Positions 9,363-18,015 of a DNA stretch of 64,000 nt are shown one piece after another. The stretch lies in assembly GCA_023460535.1 (NCBI GenBank), contig JAEWPV010000006.1:37824-101823 (forward strand), read 5' to 3'. A program made the position numbers and the translations under genes. Origin of the DNA: Bacillota bacterium (GTDB taxonomy: Bacteria > Bacillota > Clostridia > Oscillospirales > Ruminococcaceae). The stretch's first letter is position 1; each line of letters opens with the position of its first letter. Under the pieces are notes generated by a model that saw nothing but the letters and a program-made list of their open reading frames with translations, did no database searches and was not told where the DNA came from.

Positions 9363-11504
9363 TTATGCGTGTACCTTCTCTTTGGCAGCAGGCACCGCAG
9401 CCTTCGGCTTATAGGAACGAGCCACCAGCCAGATAATACCGCCGATTAACAGAATCGCGACAGCGGTCAGCGCGTTAAAGCCGCTGCCAAGGAACAGTAC
9501 GCTGCCGAGCTGGTTAATTATAAACGCAACCACATAGGCAAGCAGGGTTTGGTACGCAATGGCAATTCCCGTCCACTTCCATCCGCCAATCTCACGCTTC
9601 ATTGCGCCAATCGCGGCAAAGCAGGGGGGATTAAACAGGTTAAATGCTAAGAATGCAAATCCACTTACCGATGTAAACATCGTCGCGATGCCAGCAAGCA
9701 GGGTAGGGTCATCCTCGGCGGCCTCTGCAAGACCGAACAGTACGCCAAACGCGGCGACGGCGTTCTCCTTTGCAACCAGCGCGCTGATGGTAGCGACGGC
9801 GCCCTGCCAAGTGCCAAAGCCAAGGGGTGCAAGCAGCGGAGCGACAATACCGCCCAGCGTCGCAAGCATGCTGTCGGCAGAATCCTCCACCATCTGAAGG
9901 TTCCAGCCAAAGTTTGATAGGAACCAGATGATACCGCATGCCACAAAGATAACGGTAAACGCCTTCACAACAAACGCCTTGCCGCGCTCCCACACGTGCA
10001 ACAGCACGCCCTTAAGACTGGGGACATGGTATTGCGGCAACTCCATGACAAACGGAGCGGGATCGCCCGCAAACAGACGGGACTTTTTCAAAATAATACC
10101 CGACAGAATAATCATACCCACACCAAGGAAGTAAGCGCTGGGGGCAACCCACCACGCACCGGGGAAGAACGCGCCGGCAATCAGCGCAATGATAGGCAGC
10201 TTTGCTCCGCACGGAACAAAGGTGGTGAGCATAATCGTCATGCGGCGATCCTTCTCGTTTTCAATGGTACGGGTCGCCATAATACCGGGAACGCCGCAGC
10301 CCGAGCTGATGAGCATGGGGATAAACGATTTGCCCGAAAGCCCGAACCGACGGAAGATGCGGTCCATAATAAACGCCACACGCGCCATATATCCGCAATC
10401 CTCTAAGATAGAGAGGAAGAAGAACAGAATAAACATCTGCGGCACAAAGCCAAGCACCGCCCCCACACCGCCGATGATGCCGTCCACAATCAGTCCCATC
10501 AACCAGGGCGCTGCGTCCACATTCTCAAGCCACACGGTGACGTTGCCCGCAATAATCTCACCGAACAGGGTGTCGTTCGCCCAGTCGGTCACAATCGTAC
10601 CAAGGCTTGTTACCGACACATAATACACCACAAACATCACAGCGGCAAAAATGGGCAGCGCAAGCCAGCGGTTTGTGACTATACGGTCAATCTTATCCGA
10701 AGGGCTAAGAGCACGCTTTTGCTTGCGGCAGCAGGTCTTCACAACCTCTGTTATGTATTCGTACCGCTCGTTGGTTATAATACTCTCGGCATCATCATCC
10801 AATGCGGCTTCGCTTTTTGTTACAATGTCTTCAATCGTTTTTAATACATCCGCAGCAAGGACGGTTTGCTCCAGTACCTTTTGGTCACGCTCGTACAGCT
10901 TAACAGCATACCAGCGGGGGTTCTCGTTAAGTTCTTCGGGCAGAAGGGATGCGATCTCGATAAGCGCGGCCTCCACCTGCTTGCTAAACACATTTACTGG
11001 CTTTGCCGCAATCTTGCGGGTTGCAGCGGCAATCGCCTTTTCGCTTACCTCCTTCATTCCTGTTCCGATTAAGGCGGAGGTTTCAACCACCTCGCACCCC
11101 AATGTGGAGGAAAGCTTACTAACATCGACGGTGTCGCCGGTTTTTGCAACGATGTCCATCATATTCAGCGCAATTACCACCGGTACGCCGACCTCCAGCA
11201 GCTGGGTGGTCAGGTACAGATTACGCTCGATATTTGAGCCGTCCACCAGATTGATTACGGCGTCCGGTTTTTCGCCAATCAAATAGTCGCGCGCAACAAC
11301 TTCCTCCAGCGTATAGGGGGAAAGCGAGTAGATACCGGGCAGGTCAACGATAGTGACATCCTTATGCCCCTTAAGCTTGCCTTCTTTTTTTTCTACCGTA
11401 ACACCGGGCCAGTTGCCCACGTACTGGGTGCTGCCCGTAAGCTGATTAAACATCGTGGTTTTACCGCAGTTTGGGTTGCCGGCAAGGGCGATTTTTAAAG
11501 CCAT
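9363..11504 (-). CDS. feoB: Ferrous iron transport protein B
   Basis: GNPNCGKT, VGNWPGVTVE, DLPGIYSL, NMMD GTPase motifs; gate domains GCGVP, FVMELP, PPCFAA. Confidence 0.97.
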   Translation of the reverse strand: MALKIALAGNPNCGKTTMFNQLTGSTQYVGNWPGVTVEKKEGKLKGHKDVTIVDLPGIYSLSPYTLEEVVARDYLIGEKPDAVINLVDGSNIERNLYLTTQLLEVGVPVVIALNMMDIVAKTGDTVDVSKLSSTLGCEVVETSALIGTGMKEVSEKAIAAATRKIAAKPVNVFSKQVEAALIEIASLLPEELNENPRWYAVKLYERDQKVLEQTVLAADVLKTIEDIVTKSEAALDDDAESIITNERYEYITEVVKTCCRKQKRALSPSDKIDRIVTNRWLALPIFAAVMFVVYYVSVTSLGTIVTDWANDTLFGEIIAGNVTVWLENVDAAPWLMGLIVDGIIGGVGAVLGFVPQMFILFFFLSILEDCGYMARVAFIMDRIFRRFGLSGKSFIPMLISSGCGVPGIMATRTIENEKDRRMTIMLTTFVPCGAKLPIIALIAGAFFPGAWWVAPSAYFLGVGMIILSGIILKKSRLFAGDPAPFVMELPQYHVPSLKGVLLHVWERGKAFVVKAFTVIFVACGIIWFLSNFGWNLQMVEDSADSMLATLGGIVAPLLAPLGFGTWQGAVATISALVAKENAVAAFGVLFGLAEAAEDDPTLLAGIATMFTSVSGFAFLAFNLFNPPCFAAIGAMKREIGGWKWTGIAIAYQTLLAYVVAFIINQLGSVLFLGSGFNALTAVAILLIGGIIWLVARSYKPKAAVPAAKEKVHA

Positions 11505-11537
11505 GTTTAGGTCCATCCTTTCCGTTGTATCATACAC

Positions 11538-11555
11538 AATTAGCCTACGCTAACC
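11538..11555. promoter_or_regulatory. DtxR/MntR-like operator inside the feo operon, upstream of feoB
   Basis: AATTAG-CCTACG-CTAACC, same TTAG-N6-CTAA geometry as the sites at 12228 and 12256. Confidence 0.55.
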
Positions 11556-11638
11556 TGCTAGCTGTAATAAAAGGAGCAATGTCCGTAATAGAGTACGGCG
11601 TCCCTCCTGTTATCCGGCTATTGGTCTTTCTTGCAAGA

Positions 11639-11863
11639 TCAGTCGGCAACCAGTATCTTTTCCGCTTCGCTTTTGCGGATGGATAATTCGTAGCCCCGCA
11701 CAGTGACCTCAATCGGGTCGCCCAGCGGTGCAACCTTGCGTACATATACTTCGGTTCCCTTGGTAATGCCCATGTCCATAATGCGGCGTTTTACAGCGCC
11801 TTCGCCCGTGAGTTTTAACACGGTTGCGGTCTGCCCGCACTTAATCTCCTTGAGTGTTGCCAT
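11639..11863 (-). CDS. feoA: Ferrous iron transport protein A
   Basis: RRIMDMGITKG, APLGDPIEV, LSIRKSEA. Confidence 0.95.
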   Translation of the reverse strand: MATLKEIKCGQTATVLKLTGEGAVKRRIMDMGITKGTEVYVRKVAPLGDPIEVTVRGYELSIRKSEAEKILVAD

Positions 11864-11983
11864 GTAGTCGTCTCCTCCTCGCACAAAGAATACTAAGTCC
11901 AAAGCGCACAAACTATGCGCCTGAGCAACAAAATTCGTCGAACAGTCAAAACAAATGGTATAACCGCCCCATAACCGAGACAG

Positions 11984-12193
11984 TTACACCATTATGCGGA
12001 CAGCCATCCCACGATCTATCGCAACGCGGGAGCCCTTTACATTAACAATCATGTTTCCGCCCAGCTCCGATACAACGGTAATGCGTTCGCCCTCTACAAA
12101 GCCAAGGCTTTCAAGGTAACGCTTGGTATCGTCGCGCCCGGTAATGCGTTTAATCTGGTTTTCGGATCCGATGCCTGCCATGGTAAGCGGCAT
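11984..12193 (-). CDS. feoA: Ferrous iron transport protein A (second paralogue)
   Basis: LESLGFVEG, IVNVKGSRVAI; RBS AAGGGGG. Confidence 0.93.
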   Translation of the reverse strand: MPLTMAGIGSENQIKRITGRDDTKRYLESLGFVEGERITVVSELGGNMIVNVKGSRVAIDRGMAVRIMV

Positions 12194-12227
12194 AATCATT
12201 TCCCCCTTATCCAATGGGTTTCTATCA

Positions 12228-12284
12228 AGTTAGCGAAACCTAACTCTCTATCATTAGTTTACTATGGCTAACCCTTTTTGTCAA
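12228..12284 (-). promoter_or_regulatory. feo operon promoter with tandem DtxR-like operators
   Basis: Minus-strand TTGACA (12279-12284)-17 bp-TAAACT (12256-12261); palindromes AGTTAG-N6-CTAACT (12228-12245) and AGTTTA-N6-CTAACC (12256-12273). Confidence 0.7.
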
Positions 12285-12412
12285 CTAGTATATTGCTGTT
12301 TTTTTAACAAAATTACAATATAAAATCAGTAATGATGTCAAGATGGAAGGATGACTTTTTGTTTTTTCCTTATTATTATAGCGCACAAAAAACAGCGTTT
12401 ATTGTCAATTTG

Positions 12413-12440
12413 TTGACATATATTTTAAGTTTAGTATAAT
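12413..12440 (+). promoter_or_regulatory. Consensus sigma-A promoter of the orphan gene
   Basis: TTGACA-16 bp-TATAAT. Confidence 0.75.
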
Positions 12441-12482
12441 AAATGAATAACAATAATTTAGTTGTATGGAAGGTAGTTACTT

Positions 12483-13319
12483 ATGGATTTATTTACTGCG
12501 AATAAAAAGTTCAAGAATTTCAATAAGAGGCATATCATTCTTTTGATTGCTACCATATTTGCCATTGTTATTTCGATGATAAGTATTAAAGTATATCAAA
12601 ATGTCATTTTTAAAGAAAACGCTTTAAATAATTGCAAGAACATTTCTGGTTTGATAAATGAAGAGCGATATGAAGATGCTATTGCTTCAATAATAAAACT
12701 TGATCATAAGTCATTAAACATGGGAAAAGAAGAAATCATAGAAATGTTTGTACACATCGTAAAAATTAACCGTATCATTTTTAGAGATGACATAAACATA
12801 GAGAATATGCAAAAGTATAAAGCTTATAAAAATTTAGCTGATGCGATTTCGATACCATCTAGTGACAAAAGATATGAGACAGTTAAGTACATAGACAAAG
12901 CCATTGAATTGGAAATATATATTAATAGCATAAATTCTATTAATATATATAACGGGGAAGAAGCAAAACTTATGTTTGAAACATTTGGTGAAGCCGTTGA
13001 TTCTCTGCAATATAGTTGGTCAATTGCCGAGCCCAAAATATCAAATGCAATTTCAAAAATACAAAGTATAAATTATTTAAAGTATGATGTGACAAATTAT
13101 GATGTTAAACAATTGGAAGACTTGAGGGTCAGAATGACTAATGGATTAACCAAGTTGTATAAAGCAACTGAGACTAATAATGAATCGCTTTTCGAAGAAG
13201 CTAAAACCGAACTAATTAACTGTACAACAAAAGAAAAAGAAATTATTACAAGTCAACTTGAAACAATAGATAAAATTGAAGAGGATATTGCTAAACTTAA
13301 TACGTATTCAACCTTATAA
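12483..13319 (+). CDS. AT-rich hypothetical membrane-anchored protein
   Basis: 278-aa ORF with one N-terminal TM helix (HIILLIATIFAIVISMISI), own promoter and GGAAGG RBS; far lower GC than flanks. Confidence 0.7.
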   Translation: MDLFTANKKFKNFNKRHIILLIATIFAIVISMISIKVYQNVIFKENALNNCKNISGLINEERYEDAIASIIKLDHKSLNMGKEEIIEMFVHIVKINRIIFRDDINIENMQKYKAYKNLADAISIPSSDKRYETVKYIDKAIELEIYINSINSINIYNGEEAKLMFETFGEAVDSLQYSWSIAEPKISNAISKIQSINYLKYDVTNYDVKQLEDLRVRMTNGLTKLYKATETNNESLFEEAKTELINCTTKEKEIITSQLETIDKIEEDIAKLNTYSTL

Positions 13320-13426
13320 TTTCTATTCACTTATATTTAATGCGGTTGGAAAAATGACATAGCGAGCAACCGCACTTCCCGCATCTTCTTAATAATAAGT
13401 CAATCAATTATTAACAAACAAACAAT

Positions 13427-13465
13427 AAGACCACAAACCCGCATAAATACTGGGTTTGTGGTCTT
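13427..13465. terminator. Terminator hairpin at the guaA 3' end
   Basis: AAGACCACAAACCC/GGGTTTGTGGTCTT. Confidence 0.75.
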
Positions 13466-13480
13466 GTTTTGCTAAAAATC

Positions 13481-15013
13481 TTACTCCCACTCAATCGTAG
13501 CAGGAGGCTTGCTCGTGATATCGTACACAATGCGGTTGATGCTGCGCACCTCGTTGATGATGCGCCCTGAGATGGTTTCGAGCACATCGTAGGGAATGCG
13601 CGCCCAGTCGGCGGTCATAAAGTCAGAGGTGGTCACGCCGCGCAGCGCAAGGGTGTAGTCGTAGGTGCGGCCGTCGCCCATAACGCCCACCGAGCGCATG
13701 GAGGTAAGCACCGCAAAGTATTGGTGAATGTCTCTGGCAAGCCCGGCTTTTGCAATCTCGTCGCGGAAGATGTAGTCCGCTTCGCGCAGAATGTCTAGTC
13801 GCTCCTTCGTGATTTCGCCAATCACGCGAATAGCAAGGCCGGGGCCCGGGAAGGGTTGACGCCAAACCAGCGTGTCGGGCAGACCGAGTTCGGTGCCCAG
13901 CGCGCGCACTTCGTCTTTAAACAGCATACGCAAAGGCTCTACAATCTCTTTAAAATCAACATGGGCAGGTAGACCGCCTACGTTGTGATGGCTCTTGATA
14001 ACGGCGGCATCGCCCAGACCCGATTCGATTACATCGGGGTAGATGGTGCCCTGGGCAAGAAAGTCCACACGTCCAATCTTCTTTGCCTCTTCCTCAAATA
14101 CGCGGATAAACTCCTCGCCGATAATCATGCGCTTGGTCTCGGGGTCATCCACCCCCGCAAGGCGGGAAAGGAAGCGCTGCTCGGCGTTAACGCGCACAAA
14201 GTTGATGTCTCTCGAGCCGAACACCGCCTCAATCTCATCGCCCTCGTTTTTGCGCATCAGCCCATGGTCTACAAAGATGCAGGTCAGGTTTTTGCCCGCT
14301 GCCTTAGAAAGCAGTGCGGCGGCTACCGAGCTGTCCACACCGCCGGAGAGTGCCAGCAGCACCTTGCCGTCGCCTATTTGATTTTTCAAAGTCTCCACTA
14401 CGCTGAGCGCGTAGTTTTGCATCGACCAGTCGCCCTTGCAGCCGCAGATGCCGTATAAAAAGTTGCGAAGAATCGCAGTGCCGTGCTCGGAGTGGTTGAC
14501 CTCGGGGTGCAGCTGTACGCCGTAAAACCGCTTTTCGCGGTTTTCCATGGCGGCCACGGGGCAATCCGCTGTCTTGGCAACGGCGGTAAAGCCCTCGGGC
14601 AGCGTGTCCACTAGGTCGGTATGGCTCATCCACGAAATCGCCTCTTCGGGCATGCGCGCAAACAAAGCGCTCGTGGTATCGTACATAGTTTTGGTGCGGC
14701 CGTATTCCCGCTTGGTGCCCGTCTTTACCACGCCGCCCAGGTTGTGCGTGAGCAGATGGATGCCGTAGCAGATACCCAGAATCGGCACGCCAAGGTTGTA
14801 GATTGCAGGGTCACACTGGGGGGAGTCCGCCAGATACGCACTGTTGGGACCGCCGGTGAAGATAATACCCGCAGGGTTTAATGCCCGGATCTCCTCAATG
14901 GGTGTTTTGTAAGAGCGTACCTCGCAGTACACACCGCATTCGCGTACACGGCGGGCGATAAGCTGGTTGTATTGACCGCCGAAATCAAGAATCAAGACAA
15001 ACTGATGTGCCAT
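13481..15013 (-). CDS. guaA: GMP synthase (glutamine-hydrolysing)
   Basis: [52 protein letters not shown]. Confidence 0.98.
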   Translation of the reverse strand: MAHQFVLILDFGGQYNQLIARRVRECGVYCEVRSYKTPIEEIRALNPAGIIFTGGPNSAYLADSPQCDPAIYNLGVPILGICYGIHLLTHNLGGVVKTGTKREYGRTKTMYDTTSALFARMPEEAISWMSHTDLVDTLPEGFTAVAKTADCPVAAMENREKRFYGVQLHPEVNHSEHGTAILRNFLYGICGCKGDWSMQNYALSVVETLKNQIGDGKVLLALSGGVDSSVAAALLSKAAGKNLTCIFVDHGLMRKNEGDEIEAVFGSRDINFVRVNAEQRFLSRLAGVDDPETKRMIIGEEFIRVFEEEAKKIGRVDFLAQGTIYPDVIESGLGDAAVIKSHHNVGGLPAHVDFKEIVEPLRMLFKDEVRALGTELGLPDTLVWRQPFPGPGLAIRVIGEITKERLDILREADYIFRDEIAKAGLARDIHQYFAVLTSMRSVGVMGDGRTYDYTLALRGVTTSDFMTADWARIPYDVLETISGRIINEVRSINRIVYDITSKPPATIEWE

Positions 15014-15210
15014 TCGTTCCATCCCTCTGTTTTCATAGATTTCTATGTTTCCCATTTTCTCATTGTGCCATTTTCGGGGACAAAATGCAAGCAAACGCCG
15101 TGGGATTTCATATTTTTTGCGTTTTGTGGCAAACACACTGACATAACACGCGTCAAACTGTCAAAAATACAGATAGTCTTTATTGCTATATTGAAAGGAT
15201 TTGTGCAATC

Positions 15211-16140
15211 ATGCGCTTTATCAGGTTAATGGCGGCACTGGCATCGGCCGTGATGCTGCTTATGGTTTACCCCAGCGCGTTGTCCGATAATCTTCCGCCG
15301 CTTGCAAACGACAAAGAGCTTTACACCGTGCAAAATGTGCCGGTGTGGGGCTTTGTCGAGCAGTACGACCCGGATGGCGATACCGTAGCAATCAACGTGG
15401 TGCAGGAGGCAAGCAAAGGAATGGTGACGGTGTACGACGCAACATTTGTGTACCGCCCGTTTGCCGACGAGATGGGGGAGGACAGCTTTACGGTGGTTGC
15501 GACGGACAGTGCGGGCAACCTTTCCCGTCAAGCCACCGTTACGGTGCAGATAGAGCAAAACAAGATGGGCGACGGCTTTAGCGATATGCGCCTTCACCCC
15601 TCCCATTACAGCGCGCTGATGCTTGCACAGAACAACATCGTCAGCGGGGAACGAGTAGGCGGTGCATTGCTGTTTGAGCCCAACCGTCAGATGACGCAGA
15701 CCGATTTTGTGCTGATGGTGCTCGCCGCGGTTGACACCACAAATATGCAAGTACCCTGTGTCAGCACCGACCTGCCCAACGATAAGGATATCGCACTGTG
15801 GCTCAAACCTTATCTTCGCACAGCAAAGCAGATGGGGGTGATTGGCGCAGGAGAGTTTCACGCCGACAAACCTATTACCCGTGCCGAAGCGGTACAGCTT
15901 ATCAGCCATGCGTCGGGCATGAAGAACGTCGAGGCACAGGCGCTGCATATCCGCGACCTTTCGGAGATACCAGCAGACACGCTTCAATGCTATATTAACC
16001 TTGCGGCTAACAATATGCTAAACCTGTACGACGGGTATGCCCGCCCGACCGAGCCGCTTACCCGTGCCGCGGCTGCGGATCTTGTGTGGCAGTTGTATCG
16101 CTACCAGCAGCGGCAGTCCGCGCAAGAAAGCGCAGAGTAA
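15211..16140 (+). CDS. Secreted protein with an Ig/cadherin-like domain and SLH domains
   Basis: Signal peptide; 'DPDGD...FVYRP...GEDSFTVVATD' Ig-like repeat; SLH motifs 'FEPNRQMT', 'ITRAEA', 'LTRAAAA'. Confidence 0.8.
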   Translation: MRFIRLMAALASAVMLLMVYPSALSDNLPPLANDKELYTVQNVPVWGFVEQYDPDGDTVAINVVQEASKGMVTVYDATFVYRPFADEMGEDSFTVVATDSAGNLSRQATVTVQIEQNKMGDGFSDMRLHPSHYSALMLAQNNIVSGERVGGALLFEPNRQMTQTDFVLMVLAAVDTTNMQVPCVSTDLPNDKDIALWLKPYLRTAKQMGVIGAGEFHADKPITRAEAVQLISHASGMKNVEAQALHIRDLSEIPADTLQCYINLAANNMLNLYDGYARPTEPLTRAAAADLVWQLYRYQQRQSAQESAE

Positions 16141-16156
16141 AAAGTAGCAAATATCA

Positions 16157-16189
16157 AAAACAGCCCGACCGCATGGAACGGGCTGTTTT
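16157..16189 (+). terminator. Intrinsic terminator
   Basis: AAAACAGCCCG/CGGGCTGTTTT. Confidence 0.7.
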
Positions 16190-16325
16190 CCTATTAATAA
16201 TCATTGGCTTGCATATAAACTTGATTTCCATCCTCGTTGGGGGTATGATTATTAAGGCTTTATCCGAAGCAACTATCCGATATAATACGGCGTTTTATCG
16301 AAAAAGAATAATCGAGGTGAATAAT

Positions 16326-16676
16326 ATGCAAGGCATGCAGATTCTGGTTTTGGTGCTCAGCCGGTATGAGAAGCTGGACGCATTGTTGGTTGAACTCAAA
16401 GACGCTGGTATTACGGGGGCAACCGTAATTAACTCTACCGGAATGGCACAGGTTATCAATCGTGAAAGTGATCATCTTTTGGGTTCACTGCGCACATATC
16501 TAACCCCTCAGCGGGAAGATAACCGAACCGTTTTTATAGTGCTTAATCAGGAAAAGGTTGAAACTGCAAAGAGTGTAATCCATAAGGTGATAGGTTCGTT
16601 GAGCGAACCGGGTACTGGAATCTTATTTCTCGCGCCAACTCTATACGTGGAAGGTATTCCTACCGAGCAGGAGTGA
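16326..16676 (+). CDS. P-II-like (GlnB-fold) small regulatory protein
   Basis: 'GITGATVINSTGM' and 'PGTGILF...VEG' are typical of P-II-like proteins; GAGGTG RBS. Confidence 0.75.
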   Translation: MQGMQILVLVLSRYEKLDALLVELKDAGITGATVINSTGMAQVINRESDHLLGSLRTYLTPQREDNRTVFIVLNQEKVETAKSVIHKVIGSLSEPGTGILFLAPTLYVEGIPTEQE

Positions 16677-16713
16677 AGAGAGAAAGAAATTAAAAATAAT
16701 GTAAGAAGGAATA

Positions 16714-17895
16714 ATGGTGTCACATTTTAATACGATATTATACCTATCCATCCTGCTTTTGGCTGGGTTGTTATGCGGTCGCCTGGCAAAACTGATTAAA
16801 CTACCAAACGTTACCGGGTACTTAGTTGCAGGTATTTTGCTGGGACCTTTTGTGTTTAAGGTACTACCGTTGGAGGTGGTACATAATTTTGATGTTTTAT
16901 CAAATATAGCGCTTTCGTTTATCGCTTTTACAATTGGCTGTGAGTTTAAGATTAGCTATTTTAAGCGTGTGGGCATAACCCCGATTGTCATAGCCATCTT
17001 TGAGGCGATTTTGGCCATTCTCCTTGTACTTGTGGTATTGGTGATTGCCGGATTTAGCCTTCCGTTTTCCTTGGTGCTCAGCGCAATCGCGGCTGCAACT
17101 GCCCCTGCTGCTACGATTATGGTTATAAAACAGTATAAAGCGAAGGGGCCGGTTACCGAAACTCTTTTAAGTGTGGTGGCTCTTGATGATGCGGTAGCGT
17201 TGATTGGTTTTGGTTTTGCCGTGACCATAGCCAAAGCCGTTAGCGGAAGCACAGACAGCACGATTGCACTTTCAATTATTAAGCCGTTTTGGGAGATACT
17301 ACTAGCGTTGTTAATCGGCGCAGTTGTTGGTGTTCTGTTCAAGGCTCCGCTTAAGCTGTTTAGGAAAAGCGGGAACCGACTTATCGTACTTTGCGGGTTG
17401 GTGCTTCTCACAAGCGGATTGGCGGAACTTGTTGGGGTATCAGAACTGCTTGCCTGCATGGCGACGGGTGCGGTATTCTGCAACACTTCTGATGAAAGTG
17501 AAGAGATCACAAAACTGTCCGAATTAATAACCCCGCCCATATTTTTGTTGTTTTTTGCGGTGTCTGGTGCGGAACTGGATATTTCAATCGTACCTACAGT
17601 AGGTGTTGTAGGGATAATTTATGTTGTGTTCAGAGTGTTTGGTAAGATGGGCGGTGCTTATCTTGGCGCAAGAATAATGAAAGCCCCCAGAGAGGTATGC
17701 CGGTATCTGGGCCCAACGTTGATTCCTCAGGCAGGCGTTGCGATTGGACTTGTCAGTGTTGCGCAAACGGTGGTACCGGAGTTTGCCCCGCAGATTCGTG
17801 CGGTTATTTTATGCGCAACCGTTATTTATGAAGTTGTTGGCCCTGTAATTACAAAGCTGACTTTGACAAAGGCGGGCGAGATTCATAAAGCTTGA
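16714..17895 (+). CDS. Cation:proton antiporter (CPA2/KefB-like)
   Basis: 'LPNVTGYLVAGILLGP', 'ATAPAAT', 'VALDD', 'PQAGVAIGL'; many TM helices. Confidence 0.9.
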   Translation: MVSHFNTILYLSILLLAGLLCGRLAKLIKLPNVTGYLVAGILLGPFVFKVLPLEVVHNFDVLSNIALSFIAFTIGCEFKISYFKRVGITPIVIAIFEAILAILLVLVVLVIAGFSLPFSLVLSAIAAATAPAATIMVIKQYKAKGPVTETLLSVVALDDAVALIGFGFAVTIAKAVSGSTDSTIALSIIKPFWEILLALLIGAVVGVLFKAPLKLFRKSGNRLIVLCGLVLLTSGLAELVGVSELLACMATGAVFCNTSDESEEITKLSELITPPIFLLFFAVSGAELDISIVPTVGVVGIIYVVFRVFGKMGGAYLGARIMKAPREVCRYLGPTLIPQAGVAIGLVSVAQTVVPEFAPQIRAVILCATVIYEVVGPVITKLTLTKAGEIHKA

Positions 17896-17919
17896 TTATT
17901 ACGTGTCGGATCAATATGG

Positions 17920-17963
17920 ACAGACGAAAAAACGCCGGATTACCCCGGCGTTTTTTCGTCTGT
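17920..17963. terminator. Terminator hairpin between converging genes
   Basis: ACAGACGAAAAAACGCCGG/CCGGCGTTTTTTCGTCTGT. Confidence 0.8.
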
Positions 17964-18015
17964 ATACCTTTGCTCCTAAATCAATTAATTGGGTTGCTTT
18001 TTGTGCGGCAGGTTA

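Noticed and set aside
15014..15210. Purine riboswitch upstream of guaA
   Set aside because: No purine-riboswitch core recognised in the short divergent intergenic region
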